Shown: positions 19,639-30,323, counted from the stretch's first letter. The stretch is 64,000 nt of DNA from an uncultured Aquimarina sp. (GCA_947498765.1 CANMLG010000007.1:19547-83546), one strand, 5' to 3'. Notes: generated by a model from the sequence alone, not told the origin. Numbers and translations are program-made.

Positions 19639-22431
19639 ATGACTAAATTTAATTACTGCATTTTTTTTATTTTGCAAAGTGTCTCTTTTTTTGCTCAAAA
19701 TCAACAGGTACTAGGTAAAATTATAGCGGGCATAACAGAAGAGCCAATTTTTGAAGCTAAAATAGTATTAGAAGGAACTGATTTTAGTGCATTAACCAAT
19801 AGGTTAGGCAAATTCAATCTGTCAGACGAATTACCGGTAGGCGAGCAAATTTTAAGTATTCAAAAAAAAGGCTTTTTGTTAATAAGAATACCAATAGTTA
19901 TTAATTCTGGCCAACCAATAGACTTAGGTGTACTAAGATTACAAACTGATTTTGTAAATAATCAACAAGCGTTTGCAAGTGTTGATTTGAATGAAATTCA
20001 ATTGGATTCAGATCAAGATGCTATTCAAAATCAACACTTATTGCAAGCTTCTCGAGATGCATTTTTAAATAGTGTGGCCTTTAATTGGAGTGCTACTTTT
20101 TTTAAATTAAGAGGGCTGGGTAATGAACACACTAAAGTATTAATAAACGGTATCGAAGTGAATAGCCTGTATAACAGTAGACCAAATTGGAATAATTGGT
20201 CAGGGTTAAATGATATACTGCGATCACAAGAAAATTCTATCTACACGAATTCAAATTCGTATAGTTTTGGAAGCTTATTAGGCGTAACCCATTTTAAGTT
20301 AAATGCATCAAGTTTTGCAAATGGGAAAAAGATAGCCTTGGCAAGTACCAATAGATCATATCAGGGCAGGCTTATGGGTACTTATCATTCAGGTGAATTG
20401 TCCAATGGATGGTCTTTTAGTATGTCAGCTTCGATTAGAAAAGCTGAAGAAGGATATGCCAATGGTACTAACTTATCAGCATTTAGTTTGTTTGGAAGTG
20501 TTCAAAAAAGAATTAACGAAAAGCATAGTGTCAGTATTACAGGCATATACACTCCAGTAATCCGAGGAAAATCTTCGCCAAATACAGATGAGGTTGTTGC
20601 TATTAGAGGAATACGCTATAATTCGTATTGGGGGATTCAAAATGGTAAATTCCGAAATTCAAGAGAAAAAAGGGTTCAAGAGCCAATAGTTACCTTATCC
20701 CATTTTTGGAAGCCAACTAAAAAATGGAATATTCAAAATAATATCCTTTTTAAAAAAGGAGAAGTAGGGAATAGTAGATTGGATTTTATTGGTAAAACGG
20801 TAAATGAAGCCAATGGGCAATCCTTTTTTGAAGGAGGGGGGCGTAATCCAGATCCAACGTATTATCAAATACTTCCTAGCTATTTTCTAAGAAATCCTCA
20901 GAATGAGAACTTTGAAGCTGCTTTTTTGGCAGATCGTAACTTTAGGGCAAACGGACAATTAGATTGGCAATTTTTACACGATTCAAATCGTACTACTTTA
21001 GGCAATGCAGTTTATGTATTGTATGAAGATCGCAATGATGAATTATTTATGGCAGCAAATAGCATACTGGATTATAATTTGTCAGAAAAAATAAGTCTTC
21101 AAGGGAAAGTAGCATTTAGAGGATTACAGAGTCAAAACTTTGCATCACTTACAGATCTACTTGATGGTAGGGGGTATTTAGATATTGATGGTTTTGCAGA
21201 AGGAAATATAGCTCAAAGTGATTTGAGAAACCCAAATAGAATCGTGAGAGAAGGAGATGCGTTTAAGTATAACTATGAGCTTACAGCATTTGATGCTAAT
21301 GGGTTTATGCAATTGAATTATACCTATAATAAGTGGAATATTAACGCAGCTATTTCAGCCAAAGCGCAACGGTATCAACGTAATGGAAAGTTTGAAAATG
21401 GAATGTATCCTGGAGCATTATCTTTGGGAAAAAGCAAAGAGTTAAAATTTTTAGGTTATGGTTTAAAGTTAGGGTTGCAAAGGCAGATTACTCCTAAATG
21501 GTATACAAGTGCTTCGCTATTAATGGAAAGTAAGCCGCCATTATTACAACATTCATTTACAAATCCACGACAAAATAATGCAACGGTAATTGGTTTAAGC
21601 AATGAAAAATTAACATCAAGTGACCTGAGTATTTTTTATCAATATGGAGCAATTAAAACCCGTTTTTCTGCTTATTGGGTACAGCAACAAAATGTAACAA
21701 ATCGTTCTTTCTTTTTTACAGATAATTTGGCTGGCTTAGGGCGTGTTGATAATGCAGGCTTTTTTCAAGAAATTATGACAGGAATTAACAAACAAAATGC
21801 AGGTATAGAATTTGGAGCAGAAGTAGGACTTACAAGCACACTCACTTTAAATGCATCTGCAGCATACGGAAAGCATATTTATAGCAATAATCCCAATTTA
21901 TATATCACAGCTAATACTATTGAAGCTCCTTTAGATATTGGTAAAACTTTTTTAAAAAATTACCATTTACCAACTGGGCCACAACAAGCATATGGATTGG
22001 GCTTTAGTTACCGAGATCCAACATATTGGTGGTTGAGTACACAATTAAATTATTTCTCCCATTCTTTTAGTAGTATTAGTCCATTTACGCGGACCCAAAA
22101 TTTTTCTACTGATGTCGATGGTCAACCGTTTACAGATTTTGATGAAACAAAAGCAAGAAAATTATTAAAGCAAGAACAATTTCCAGCTTATTTTTTATGG
22201 AATGTCATCGGAGGAAAATCTTGGAAAATAAAAAAAAACTATTTGGGATTTGTACTAGGAATTCAAAACATTTTAAACAATGTATTTAAAACTGGAGGGT
22301 TTGAACAATCCAGAAATTCAAATTATGCTACTTTAAAAGAAGATCAAAACAGAGTAAATCCTTTATTTGGATCTAAACATTGGTACGGTAGCGGGACTAC
22401 ATTTTATATAAATACGTATTATCGATTTTAA
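19639..22431 (+). CDS. TonB-dependent receptor with N-terminal carboxypeptidase-regulatory-like domain
   Basis: Plug motif FFKLRGLGNEHTKVLINGIEVN, long beta-barrel pattern and C-terminal YINTYYRF. Confidence 0.85.
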   Translation: MTKFNYCIFFILQSVSFFAQNQQVLGKIIAGITEEPIFEAKIVLEGTDFSALTNRLGKFNLSDELPVGEQILSIQKKGFLLIRIPIVINSGQPIDLGVLRLQTDFVNNQQAFASVDLNEIQLDSDQDAIQNQHLLQASRDAFLNSVAFNWSATFFKLRGLGNEHTKVLINGIEVNSLYNSRPNWNNWSGLNDILRSQENSIYTNSNSYSFGSLLGVTHFKLNASSFANGKKIALASTNRSYQGRLMGTYHSGELSNGWSFSMSASIRKAEEGYANGTNLSAFSLFGSVQKRINEKHSVSITGIYTPVIRGKSSPNTDEVVAIRGIRYNSYWGIQNGKFRNSREKRVQEPIVTLSHFWKPTKKWNIQNNILFKKGEVGNSRLDFIGKTVNEANGQSFFEGGGRNPDPTYYQILPSYFLRNPQNENFEAAFLADRNFRANGQLDWQFLHDSNRTTLGNAVYVLYEDRNDELFMAANSILDYNLSEKISLQGKVAFRGLQSQNFASLTDLLDGRGYLDIDGFAEGNIAQSDLRNPNRIVREGDAFKYNYELTAFDANGFMQLNYTYNKWNINAAISAKAQRYQRNGKFENGMYPGALSLGKSKELKFLGYGLKLGLQRQITPKWYTSASLLMESKPPLLQHSFTNPRQNNATVIGLSNEKLTSSDLSIFYQYGAIKTRFSAYWVQQQNVTNRSFFFTDNLAGLGRVDNAGFFQEIMTGINKQNAGIEFGAEVGLTSTLTLNASAAYGKHIYSNNPNLYITANTIEAPLDIGKTFLKNYHLPTGPQQAYGLGFSYRDPTYWWLSTQLNYFSHSFSSISPFTRTQNFSTDVDGQPFTDFDETKARKLLKQEQFPAYFLWNVIGGKSWKIKKNYLGFVLGIQNILNNVFKTGGFEQSRNSNYATLKEDQNRVNPLFGSKHWYGSGTTFYINTYYRF

Positions 22432-22441
22432 TATTAATATA

Positions 22442-23821
22442 ATGAAAATAGAAATCATCAAACCATTTATAGTATTTGCGTTGTTTTTTAATTGTTTGGG
22501 GTGCAGTGATGATTTTGAGGTTCCTGCAGCAAAAAGTATCGAAATCCCTAAGGGGAATATGGTAAGTATAGCCTCGGCAAAAGTAGGATTAGATCGTATG
22601 CTAGATAATACAACAACATTTACAACTGATCAGTTGATGGAGGCTTATGTAGTATCCACTGATCGAGGAGGTAATTTTTTTAAAGAATTAATTTTGCAAG
22701 ATAAACCCAAAAATCCAACAGCAGGCATTCATTTTTTATTAGATGAGCGTAGTTTGCATAATCGTTTTCCTTTTGGGAGCAAAATAATAATTCAGTTAAA
22801 TGGGTTAAGCGTTGGTTTTGGAAATGGAGTTGCTAAATTAGGTAAGCTTTTAGAAAATGATATTGTAGCGCTAAGTGCATTTGAAATAGATAAGCACGTA
22901 TTTCGTGCTAACGAGATAGTTTCTATTGAACCTTTGGAGCTTAGTTTAAGCGAACTTACCCAAGAAAAAGAATCCTTGTTAATTAATTTAGCGAATATGC
23001 AGTTTGCAAGTAGTCTTTTAACGGATTCTGGAAAAACCTTGGCAGGTGCATCCGCAGATAATTTTGATGGCTTACGACCTATTTTTAATTGTGATGAAGG
23101 GATCGAAATAATATTATGCACCAGTAATTTTTCTAGTTTTAGAAGTTTACTCTTGCCTGATGGATCAGGTGAAATAACAGGAGTGCTTAGTCGAGATTTT
23201 AGAGATGATTTTTTTGTATTGAAAATGAATACGGCAAATGATTTAAAATTTAATCAAGCTACGCGGTGCGATCCCGTTTTTTTTGAATGTAATAATACAA
23301 GCGATGAGGCGAATGAAGTTTTATTTTCGGAAGATTTTGAAACTATTACTAATGAAAATTTGTTAGAAGCTTTGGGTTGGATAAATATAAATACCACTGG
23401 TGATGAAAAAAGATGGACGGATAAAAAAATAACAAATGTTGCTAACAGAGTGATGACAATTTCGGCATTTAATACAAATTTAAGGCCATTAGAGGCGTGG
23501 TTGATAACTCCCGAAGTGGATTTGACTACTATTGAAGATGCTTTTTTTCAATGTAGAATTCGTACTCAGTTTAATAATGGGAAAATTTTAAATATTTGGA
23601 TCACAACTAATTTTACAGGCGATCCAAAAACTACTTCTTGGCAATTATTGCCGTTAAATATACCTACACTTAGTTCAAATTATAAGTTGTTAAAACAAAA
23701 TATTTCTTGTTTTTCGGAAAAAGTTCGAATTGGTTTTCAATATAAAGGTTTTGATCCTTTAGCTACTTCTACTTATCAAATTGACGACGTTCAATTTTAT
23801 GGAAATGTTAAAATACCGTAA
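22442..23821 (+). CDS. DUF5689-type surface lipoprotein with C-terminal beta-sandwich
   Basis: Lipobox LGC; EAYVVSTDRGGNFFKELILQD OB-fold-like motif; WLITP and YQIDDVQF jelly-roll end. Confidence 0.7.
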   Translation: MKIEIIKPFIVFALFFNCLGCSDDFEVPAAKSIEIPKGNMVSIASAKVGLDRMLDNTTTFTTDQLMEAYVVSTDRGGNFFKELILQDKPKNPTAGIHFLLDERSLHNRFPFGSKIIIQLNGLSVGFGNGVAKLGKLLENDIVALSAFEIDKHVFRANEIVSIEPLELSLSELTQEKESLLINLANMQFASSLLTDSGKTLAGASADNFDGLRPIFNCDEGIEIILCTSNFSSFRSLLLPDGSGEITGVLSRDFRDDFFVLKMNTANDLKFNQATRCDPVFFECNNTSDEANEVLFSEDFETITNENLLEALGWININTTGDEKRWTDKKITNVANRVMTISAFNTNLRPLEAWLITPEVDLTTIEDAFFQCRIRTQFNNGKILNIWITTNFTGDPKTTSWQLLPLNIPTLSSNYKLLKQNISCFSEKVRIGFQYKGFDPLATSTYQIDDVQFYGNVKIP

Positions 23822-24084
23822 ACTTTTTGTTCATTAACCCATATAAAAGGCCATGCTTTTTTTGTTAAGATTATTCCTACTATGTTAAATAATTGATTTT
23901 CAAGGCGTATGTTTGTAGGATAATTTTTAAATCAATTTTAGTTAAATTCTTAGTGCTAACTTTATGAATTTGAATATCAATTATTGATATAATTTTAAAT
24001 ATTTTTTTGCATATATTTAGCATATTATTATAATTAATTGAAAAAATATTGCCCTTTTAATCTACTAACCCAAAATTTGGATTT

Positions 24085-27000
24085 ATGAATTTAAAACTAT
24101 TTTCATTATTAACAGTCTTAGGACTGAGCGGCTCTGTGTTTTCTCAGGTTGAAGTTGATATAAACTTCGATATGAAGCACACAATTGGCGGTAAAGAGAC
24201 TTTTGACAGAGACAAGTTTATTGTTTTACATGCCGATGCTACTGAGAACGATTATAACGATGAGCTTGGCAAGTTGGATTCTTTAATAAACTTGTATGAT
24301 GCCTACTATGGTCGAGAGACAGGTCGTATGCGTTTTACTGCCGATCAAGTCCGAGAAAATACAAATAGACCAGGTTTTGCAGATCCGGCAAGTATTGCAG
24401 AATGGGGAACTATTTTGAATGATGCCTATGCTAACAGAACATCAAAACATCCTTTTGAAAAAGGAACAACTATAACAGCAGCTCAGGATGCACCGTTTTT
24501 CCCAAATGGGAATCATGCCACAGGTCAGGGCTGGTTTTTTTCACAAAATAATACTCCCGATGAGCCTTTTGGATCAGCAACAGGACAATATATGGGATTA
24601 TTTATGCGTGATCTTTATGCAGAAGGAGGAACAACAGGAGCTCCAAAACCTGAATATGTTGAGGTGATTAATGAGCCTTTTTTCCCTTTAGTTGACTTTG
24701 CAGCTGCAGGAGAAGCATCAAATGCTACGGATATTTTTGAAATGCATAAAACAGTAGCGGATTCAGTTAGAAAATATTCACCCGATAGTAAAATTGGAGG
24801 GTTTACAAATGCTTTTCCAGATTTAGAAGCTGAAGGTTTTGAAGCACAAAATAAAGTACCTTTTGGTCAATGGGAAGAGCGTTGGAGGCGTTTTATTGAC
24901 GAGGTAGGTCCAAAAATGGATTTCTATTCGATTCACTTGTACGACTTTCATAGTATTGGCGGAAAAGAACAATTACGAAAAGGTAGTAATATGGAAGCTA
25001 CCATGGATATGATTGAGCATTATAATACGCTTCAATATGGAGAAGTTAAGCCATGGGTAATTTCAGAATATGGAGGGCAACTAAATGATTTTTATGCTCA
25101 GCCATGGTCACCTGCTAGAGACTGGTTGATTTTAAAATCATTCTCATCAATGATGATGCAATTTATGGAGCGTCCCGATGTAATCCAAAAAACAGTGCCT
25201 TTTGCATTAGGTAAAGCCGAATTTTTATTTGGAGAACAAGCAGAAGGTTTTGCATACCCTTGGCGTATGATGCGTAAAAAGGATGAACCAGCGTCAAGAA
25301 ATAGTGATGAATATGTATTTACTGATGTAGTTAAATTTTATCAGTTATGGAGTGATGTCAAAGGTACACGAGTAGATACTAAATCTACTGATGTAGATAT
25401 ATTAGTAGATGCTTATGTTAATACACCTGAAAATAAAGCTTATTTGATTTTAAATAGTTTAGCAGAAACTAATTTAAGAGCAAATTTAAATGAATTTGGA
25501 TTGGGTAATAGTACCGTTACCAACGTTAAGATTAAACATTTGTATTTGGGTAATGATAACACACCTAAATTAGATATTACCGAAAGTAATACTGTACCAG
25601 ATTCTGTTGTTATTAATGAAGAAGGAACAGTAATTGTAGAATATACTTTTGATAATTCAGTAGCTATTACAGAAACATCTAGTGAAAGTAAAATATATGC
25701 AACAACATATAAGCAAGCAATTACAGCTGATCAAGCCATAACATTTACAATTCCTAATCTTAGTATTGGTGCTCAAGGAGAGGCAATTTTAAGATTGGGT
25801 GTAGGTAGAGCTAGTGAAGCAAATAGAATACCATCAATAACGGTAAATGGAAGTACTGTTACTGTGCCAACAGATTACCGTGGTGATATTCAAACAGACC
25901 GTGATTCCTTTTTTGGAATATTAGAAATTCCTGTTCCTTATGCTAATTTGATTGCTGGAAATAATGAAGTTACGGTAACTTATAATGATGATGGAGGTTT
26001 TGTGAGTAGTTTGGCATTACAAACATTTGATTTTTCACGTCAGGTAGACAGAACGCTAGCAGGCGATAGAGAACGAAGCTTAACGTTCGATAATATAACA
26101 GAATTTATTCCATTAGAAGGTACACTTCCTGAAGTAACGATTAGCCAAGATGTAAATTTGAATTTATCGTATGCTACAGGAATTACAAATGGTATCGAAG
26201 AAGATTTAGGGTATATCGCCGCTCAAATACGTCAGGTTGATGAGCTAGGAAATGAAGTAGCAACTAGTGAGTTTATAACACTAGCACCAGATGAGTCTGA
26301 TAATGCAGGTGTTGCAGAAAATTTTAGCTATAAAATCCCTACAAATTTTGCTACTCCTAATACAGATTTAATTCCAATAACTGCAGACTTACCTGAAGGA
26401 CATAAGTTATTCTTACTACTTTTTATGTCTGTTGATGGCGATACAGGTTTTGTAAATGCGAATACTGAAATTATAATTAACGAAGTGCCAGATCGAGCGC
26501 GTAGCTTAAGTTTTGATAATATTGCAGAATTTATTCCAGCAGGAGGTACTTTACCAGCTGTTGCTTACGGACAAGAAGTGTCATTGCAATTAACATATGC
26601 GACAGGTTTAACCGATAGAGTTGAAGAAGATTTATTTTATGTAGCCACTCAAATACGTCAGGTTGATGAATTTGGAAATGAAGTCGCTACAAGTGAATTT
26701 ACTACTGTTTTGCCAGATGAGTCTCCAAATAGTGGTACAGTAAACTTTACGTATACTATACCAACCGAATTTGCAACACCTACTACAGATCAAATTCCAA
26801 CTACAGCGGATTTGCCAGAGGGACATAGTTTAGTATTACTATTGTTTATGTCAACAGAAAATAATACGCTTTTTGCTAATGCGAATACAGCCATTGTGCT
26901 AAACGCTACGGCAGAAAGAACTAGAAATATTACATTTAATAATATTTCTGATTATATACTTTCTGGATCAAGTATTCCAACTTTTGAACAAGGACAAATA

Positions 27001-29307
27001 GCTCCCACTACTTTAACATATAGTACAGGAGTTACAAATGGTATTGAAGAAGATTTAGAATATTTAGCAATGCAAATACGCCAGTTTGATGAAAATTTTG
27101 AAGTAGTAAACACAAGTGCATTTCAAGCGGTAGTTGAGGCAGATGCTGAGAATGCAAATACGGTATCTTTTGATTATACAGTACCAACAACTTTTGAAGA
27201 CGGTACAACAATTCCATTATCATCAGAATTACCTGCGGGACATAAGTTGTTTTTATTAACATTTATGTCTGTAGATGGCGATACAGGTTTTGCTGATGCG
27301 AATACTGAAATTGAAATTATTGAACCGATTAGAAGAAGGAAAGTTACTTTTGATAATATTTCAGATTACATAGTATCAGGTGCCAGTATACCAACTTTTG
27401 AAAATGGACAAACATTTGGAACAACCTTAAGTTATAGTACAGGATTAAATGATGACGATACCGAGGAAGATTTGGTATATATAGCAATGCAAGTACGTCA
27501 GTTTGATGAAAATTTTGGAGTAGTAAATACAAGTACATTTCAGGCGGTAGTTAATGATGATGACCCAAATACCGGAATCGTTGATTTAGACTATACGTTA
27601 CCAACAGCTTTTGATAATGGTGACGTTATTCCGTTATCAAATGAACTACCAGAAGGCCATAAATTATTCTTATTAATTTTTATGTCTGTAGATGGCGATA
27701 CAGGTTTTGCTGATGCGAATACTGAAATTGAAATTATATTAGCAAATAGAGCTAGAGAAATTAGCTTTGATAATGTTGCAGACTATGTTTCTGAAGAAAC
27801 AGGTTTACCTACTTTCGACTTTGGACAAACATTTTCAACAACTTTAAGTTACACAACAGGAATTTTTGATAATGCCACTATTGAAGATTTGGATTTTGTA
27901 GCTATGCAGTTACGCCAGCTAGATCAAGCAGGAGGAGTAGTAAATATTAGTACATTTGAGGCAGTTGCTAACACTGATGCGCCAAATATTGATACGATTA
28001 CATTTGATTATGCATTACCTGTTGCTTATGATAATGGAGATCCAGTTTTAGATTCAGAAAATTTACCAGATGGACACAAATTAGAATTATTAATTTTTAT
28101 GTCTGTTGATGGTCAAACTGGTTTTGCAAACGCAGATGGAGAAATATTTATAAATGAACCAGCTGTTACGCAAGAAAGAGGCGTAGTTTTTGATAATTTA
28201 ACGGACTACATCCCAGAGGGAGAAACTTTGCCAGCATTTATTGAGGGAGATACATTTTCAGTATCATTAACATACAATACAGCGGTGTATCCAAATAGAG
28301 TTGAAGAATTATCAAGTTTAAGTCTTGAATTACGTCAAGTAGATCAAGAAAATGGTATTGTAAACACCATAAATGTAGGAGGGAATCTTGCTGTTGAACA
28401 AGCAGGAGCTCCAAATACAAGCACAGTAACAGTTGATTTTAGTTTGCCAACAACTTATAATAATGGAGATCCTGTATTATTTACAGAAGCATTACCCGAT
28501 GGACACCGACTTGTTTTAGCGGCAAAACTTGGTGTAGACGATGATGCAGCATTTACTGAAGTACTGGAAGAAATTGTTATAGAAGAATTGCTTGAAGATA
28601 GAAATGCTTTTATTACTTGGAACAATAAGGATGAATTTATTTCATTTAAAAGACATTTCCCTGTGTTTAATTTTAGAGAAACAATTGACTTAGATTTAAG
28701 TTACGCAACTCCAATTATAAACAATACTGAAGAAAGAATAGAATCAGTAAGAGTTCGTATAGTACAGGTAAATAGAAAAGGGAAAGTGATTAGAAGAACA
28801 AAAACAACTAAGTTGTTGTTGGATAATTCGCCTAATGCAGCGACTAACATTAAAGTGGCTTATGAGCTTCCAAATCAATTTAATAATGGTCGTTTAATTC
28901 CTAATTTAAAAAGGTTGCCAAGAGGGCATAGATTACGTTTGGTAATTGTTTTAAGAACTAAAGAATCTGAGCGTAGAGTTGCTAGAACTCGATCTGTAAT
29001 TGGATTTAAAGGCTTCAATTTCTATTTTTATAAGTATGGAAATTCTTTTGGAGCTAAAAATTTAGAATCAACAGCTAATGAAGTAAGTTTATATCCAAAT
29101 CCAGCTAATGAAGAAGTTATTGTTGATGCTACAGATAACTATACCACGGCAAGTATTTATAATTTAAATGGTTCGGTAATTGAAACAATAAATTTAGATA
29201 CCGAAACAAACTTTAATGTAACTCAATTGAGCGATGGAGTATATATTGTCAAGCTTTTTGGAGCTGATAATGTAATACAAACTCAAAAAATTGTAGTGAA
29301 GCATTAA
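24085..29307 (+). CDS. 1740-aa GH86-like porphyranase/agarase with 7 tandem ~140-aa repeats and T9SS CTD
   Basis: Intact clan GH-A motifs VINEPF, SIHLYD and VISEYGG; repeats at aa 661-1641; CTD YPNPA...LSDGVYIVK...QKIVVK. Confidence 0.85.
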   Translation: MNLKLFSLLTVLGLSGSVFSQVEVDINFDMKHTIGGKETFDRDKFIVLHADATENDYNDELGKLDSLINLYDAYYGRETGRMRFTADQVRENTNRPGFADPASIAEWGTILNDAYANRTSKHPFEKGTTITAAQDAPFFPNGNHATGQGWFFSQNNTPDEPFGSATGQYMGLFMRDLYAEGGTTGAPKPEYVEVINEPFFPLVDFAAAGEASNATDIFEMHKTVADSVRKYSPDSKIGGFTNAFPDLEAEGFEAQNKVPFGQWEERWRRFIDEVGPKMDFYSIHLYDFHSIGGKEQLRKGSNMEATMDMIEHYNTLQYGEVKPWVISEYGGQLNDFYAQPWSPARDWLILKSFSSMMMQFMERPDVIQKTVPFALGKAEFLFGEQAEGFAYPWRMMRKKDEPASRNSDEYVFTDVVKFYQLWSDVKGTRVDTKSTDVDILVDAYVNTPENKAYLILNSLAETNLRANLNEFGLGNSTVTNVKIKHLYLGNDNTPKLDITESNTVPDSVVINEEGTVIVEYTFDNSVAITETSSESKIYATTYKQAITADQAITFTIPNLSIGAQGEAILRLGVGRASEANRIPSITVNGSTVTVPTDYRGDIQTDRDSFFGILEIPVPYANLIAGNNEVTVTYNDDGGFVSSLALQTFDFSRQVDRTLAGDRERSLTFDNITEFIPLEGTLPEVTISQDVNLNLSYATGITNGIEEDLGYIAAQIRQVDELGNEVATSEFITLAPDESDNAGVAENFSYKIPTNFATPNTDLIPITADLPEGHKLFLLLFMSVDGDTGFVNANTEIIINEVPDRARSLSFDNIAEFIPAGGTLPAVAYGQEVSLQLTYATGLTDRVEEDLFYVATQIRQVDEFGNEVATSEFTTVLPDESPNSGTVNFTYTIPTEFATPTTDQIPTTADLPEGHSLVLLLFMSTENNTLFANANTAIVLNATAERTRNITFNNISDYILSGSSIPTFEQGQIAPTTLTYSTGVTNGIEEDLEYLAMQIRQFDENFEVVNTSAFQAVVEADAENANTVSFDYTVPTTFEDGTTIPLSSELPAGHKLFLLTFMSVDGDTGFADANTEIEIIEPIRRRKVTFDNISDYIVSGASIPTFENGQTFGTTLSYSTGLNDDDTEEDLVYIAMQVRQFDENFGVVNTSTFQAVVNDDDPNTGIVDLDYTLPTAFDNGDVIPLSNELPEGHKLFLLIFMSVDGDTGFADANTEIEIILANRAREISFDNVADYVSEETGLPTFDFGQTFSTTLSYTTGIFDNATIEDLDFVAMQLRQLDQAGGVVNISTFEAVANTDAPNIDTITFDYALPVAYDNGDPVLDSENLPDGHKLELLIFMSVDGQTGFANADGEIFINEPAVTQERGVVFDNLTDYIPEGETLPAFIEGDTFSVSLTYNTAVYPNRVEELSSLSLELRQVDQENGIVNTINVGGNLAVEQAGAPNTSTVTVDFSLPTTYNNGDPVLFTEALPDGHRLVLAAKLGVDDDAAFTEVLEEIVIEELLEDRNAFITWNNKDEFISFKRHFPVFNFRETIDLDLSYATPIINNTEERIESVRVRIVQVNRKGKVIRRTKTTKLLLDNSPNAATNIKVAYELPNQFNNGRLIPNLKRLPRGHRLRLVIVLRTKESERRVARTRSVIGFKGFNFYFYKYGNSFGAKNLESTANEVSLYPNPANEEVIVDATDNYTTASIYNLNGSVIETINLDTETNFNVTQLSDGVYIVKLFGADNVIQTQKIVVKH
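26065..29007 (+). repeat. Seven tandem intragenic domain repeats (~417-429 bp unit)
   Basis: Each unit follows the pattern R.i.FDN....LP....L.Y.T...EE.L..i..QiRQ.D....V.TS...Y.lP......LPeGHkL.L..fmsvdg......EI.I. Confidence 0.92.
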
Positions 29308-29344
29308 TAAATAAAGAATGCGAATTTATATAAGTAAATAAAAG

Positions 29345-29379
29345 TAAAAGAGGCTGTCTGTAAAAAGACAGCTTTTTTT
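29345..29379. terminator. Bidirectional intrinsic terminator between convergent genes
   Basis: Stem gctgtct (29353-29359) / agacagc (29366-29372), with an A-run before and a T-run after. Confidence 0.75.
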
Positions 29380-29956
29380 ATAATAAATCAATAATTTTTA
29401 ATGGATCATCTTTTTCATTAGTAATATCTATAGTTGGCGAAACGGGAAATTCATCTGTTCCTAAACATTCTTTTGAAAAGAAATTAAAAGAAAACATCAA
29501 AGTATTAGCATCATCGTTATTGAGTAAAAATTCGATATCAGATTTTTTTATAACTATTTCGGCATAGTTTGGACTACTTTCAAACCCCCATAAATTTCCG
29601 TGTGTACTGCTATTTAATATCCATTCCCAGCCTCCATTTTTATCAGTGTTATTATTTTCCAAAACTTCCCCTGTAATTTTTACGGCATCTATTTCAGGAA
29701 TATCTAATTTTTGAAGTTTAATAGTTATATCACAAACGGTTACGTGTTCATCCAAAATTTCAATTATTGGATCATTTTCATTAAATACATCGGTTTCAGT
29801 TTCTTCATTTTTATAAGATTCATTTTTATTTTTTGTACTAAAAATAGGTTTAAAAACGAAATTTTCAGTTGTATTTTCATCTTCCAAAGGGGAATTACAT
29901 GAAGAAGATATGATGCTGCCAAAACTGACTATTAAAAAAAGAATTTGCAATTTCAT
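29378..29956 (-). CDS. Hypothetical lipoprotein
   Basis: Lipoprotein signal (…IISSSC); acidic mature region; no family recognised. Confidence 0.65.
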   Translation of the reverse strand: MKLQILFLIVSFGSIISSSCNSPLEDENTTENFVFKPIFSTKNKNESYKNEETETDVFNENDPIIEILDEHVTVCDITIKLQKLDIPEIDAVKITGEVLENNNTDKNGGWEWILNSSTHGNLWGFESSPNYAEIVIKKSDIEFLLNNDDANTLMFSFNFFSKECLGTDEFPVSPTIDITNEKDDPLKIIDLL

Positions 29957-30198
29957 TTGTTATAACTTTTGTGGGGTGTTATGTTTAAACGTTTAAATTA
30001 ATGGGAACTTACTTTTTAATTTTATTAGATGTAATCTTCTTACAAAAGAATAAGTGTTATAAGTCCTAAGACTTTTAATGGTAGTATTTAAGCGATTTAT
30101 TAAAATTACTATTTCTTGAAAAGCTAATGCATTTTAACTGGTTTTTTATACATTAACCCAGATTATGTAATAGAACTTTGTAATGAGACATGCAACCA

Positions 30199-30323
30199 CA
30201 ATAAAAACAAGTGCTTTCTCAATTTCAGCATAGCAACGCTATGGTTAAATTGAAAAGTGCAACGAAGTGTTTGTTTTTGAAGTGGTTTTATGATATAATA
30301 AATTTTCTATTGCATAATTTGGG
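30199..30323 (+). repeat. 125-bp dispersed hairpin element, copy 1
   Basis: 113/125 identical, ungapped, to the reverse complement of 62606-62730 (hand alignment); internal stem tcaattt-cag-catagc-aac-gctatg-gtt-aaattga. Confidence 0.9.

Noticed and set aside
26065-29007. Regular ~420-bp periodicity as a CRISPR array or non-coding repeat
   Set aside because: The units are in-frame coding domains with no short repeat-spacer structure and no cas genes.
14906-29307. Whole region as one SusC/SusD polysaccharide utilisation locus
   Set aside because: There is no SusD or SusC-type signature; the TonB receptor pairs with a nuclease and a DUF5689 lipoprotein, so it is treated as a separate block.
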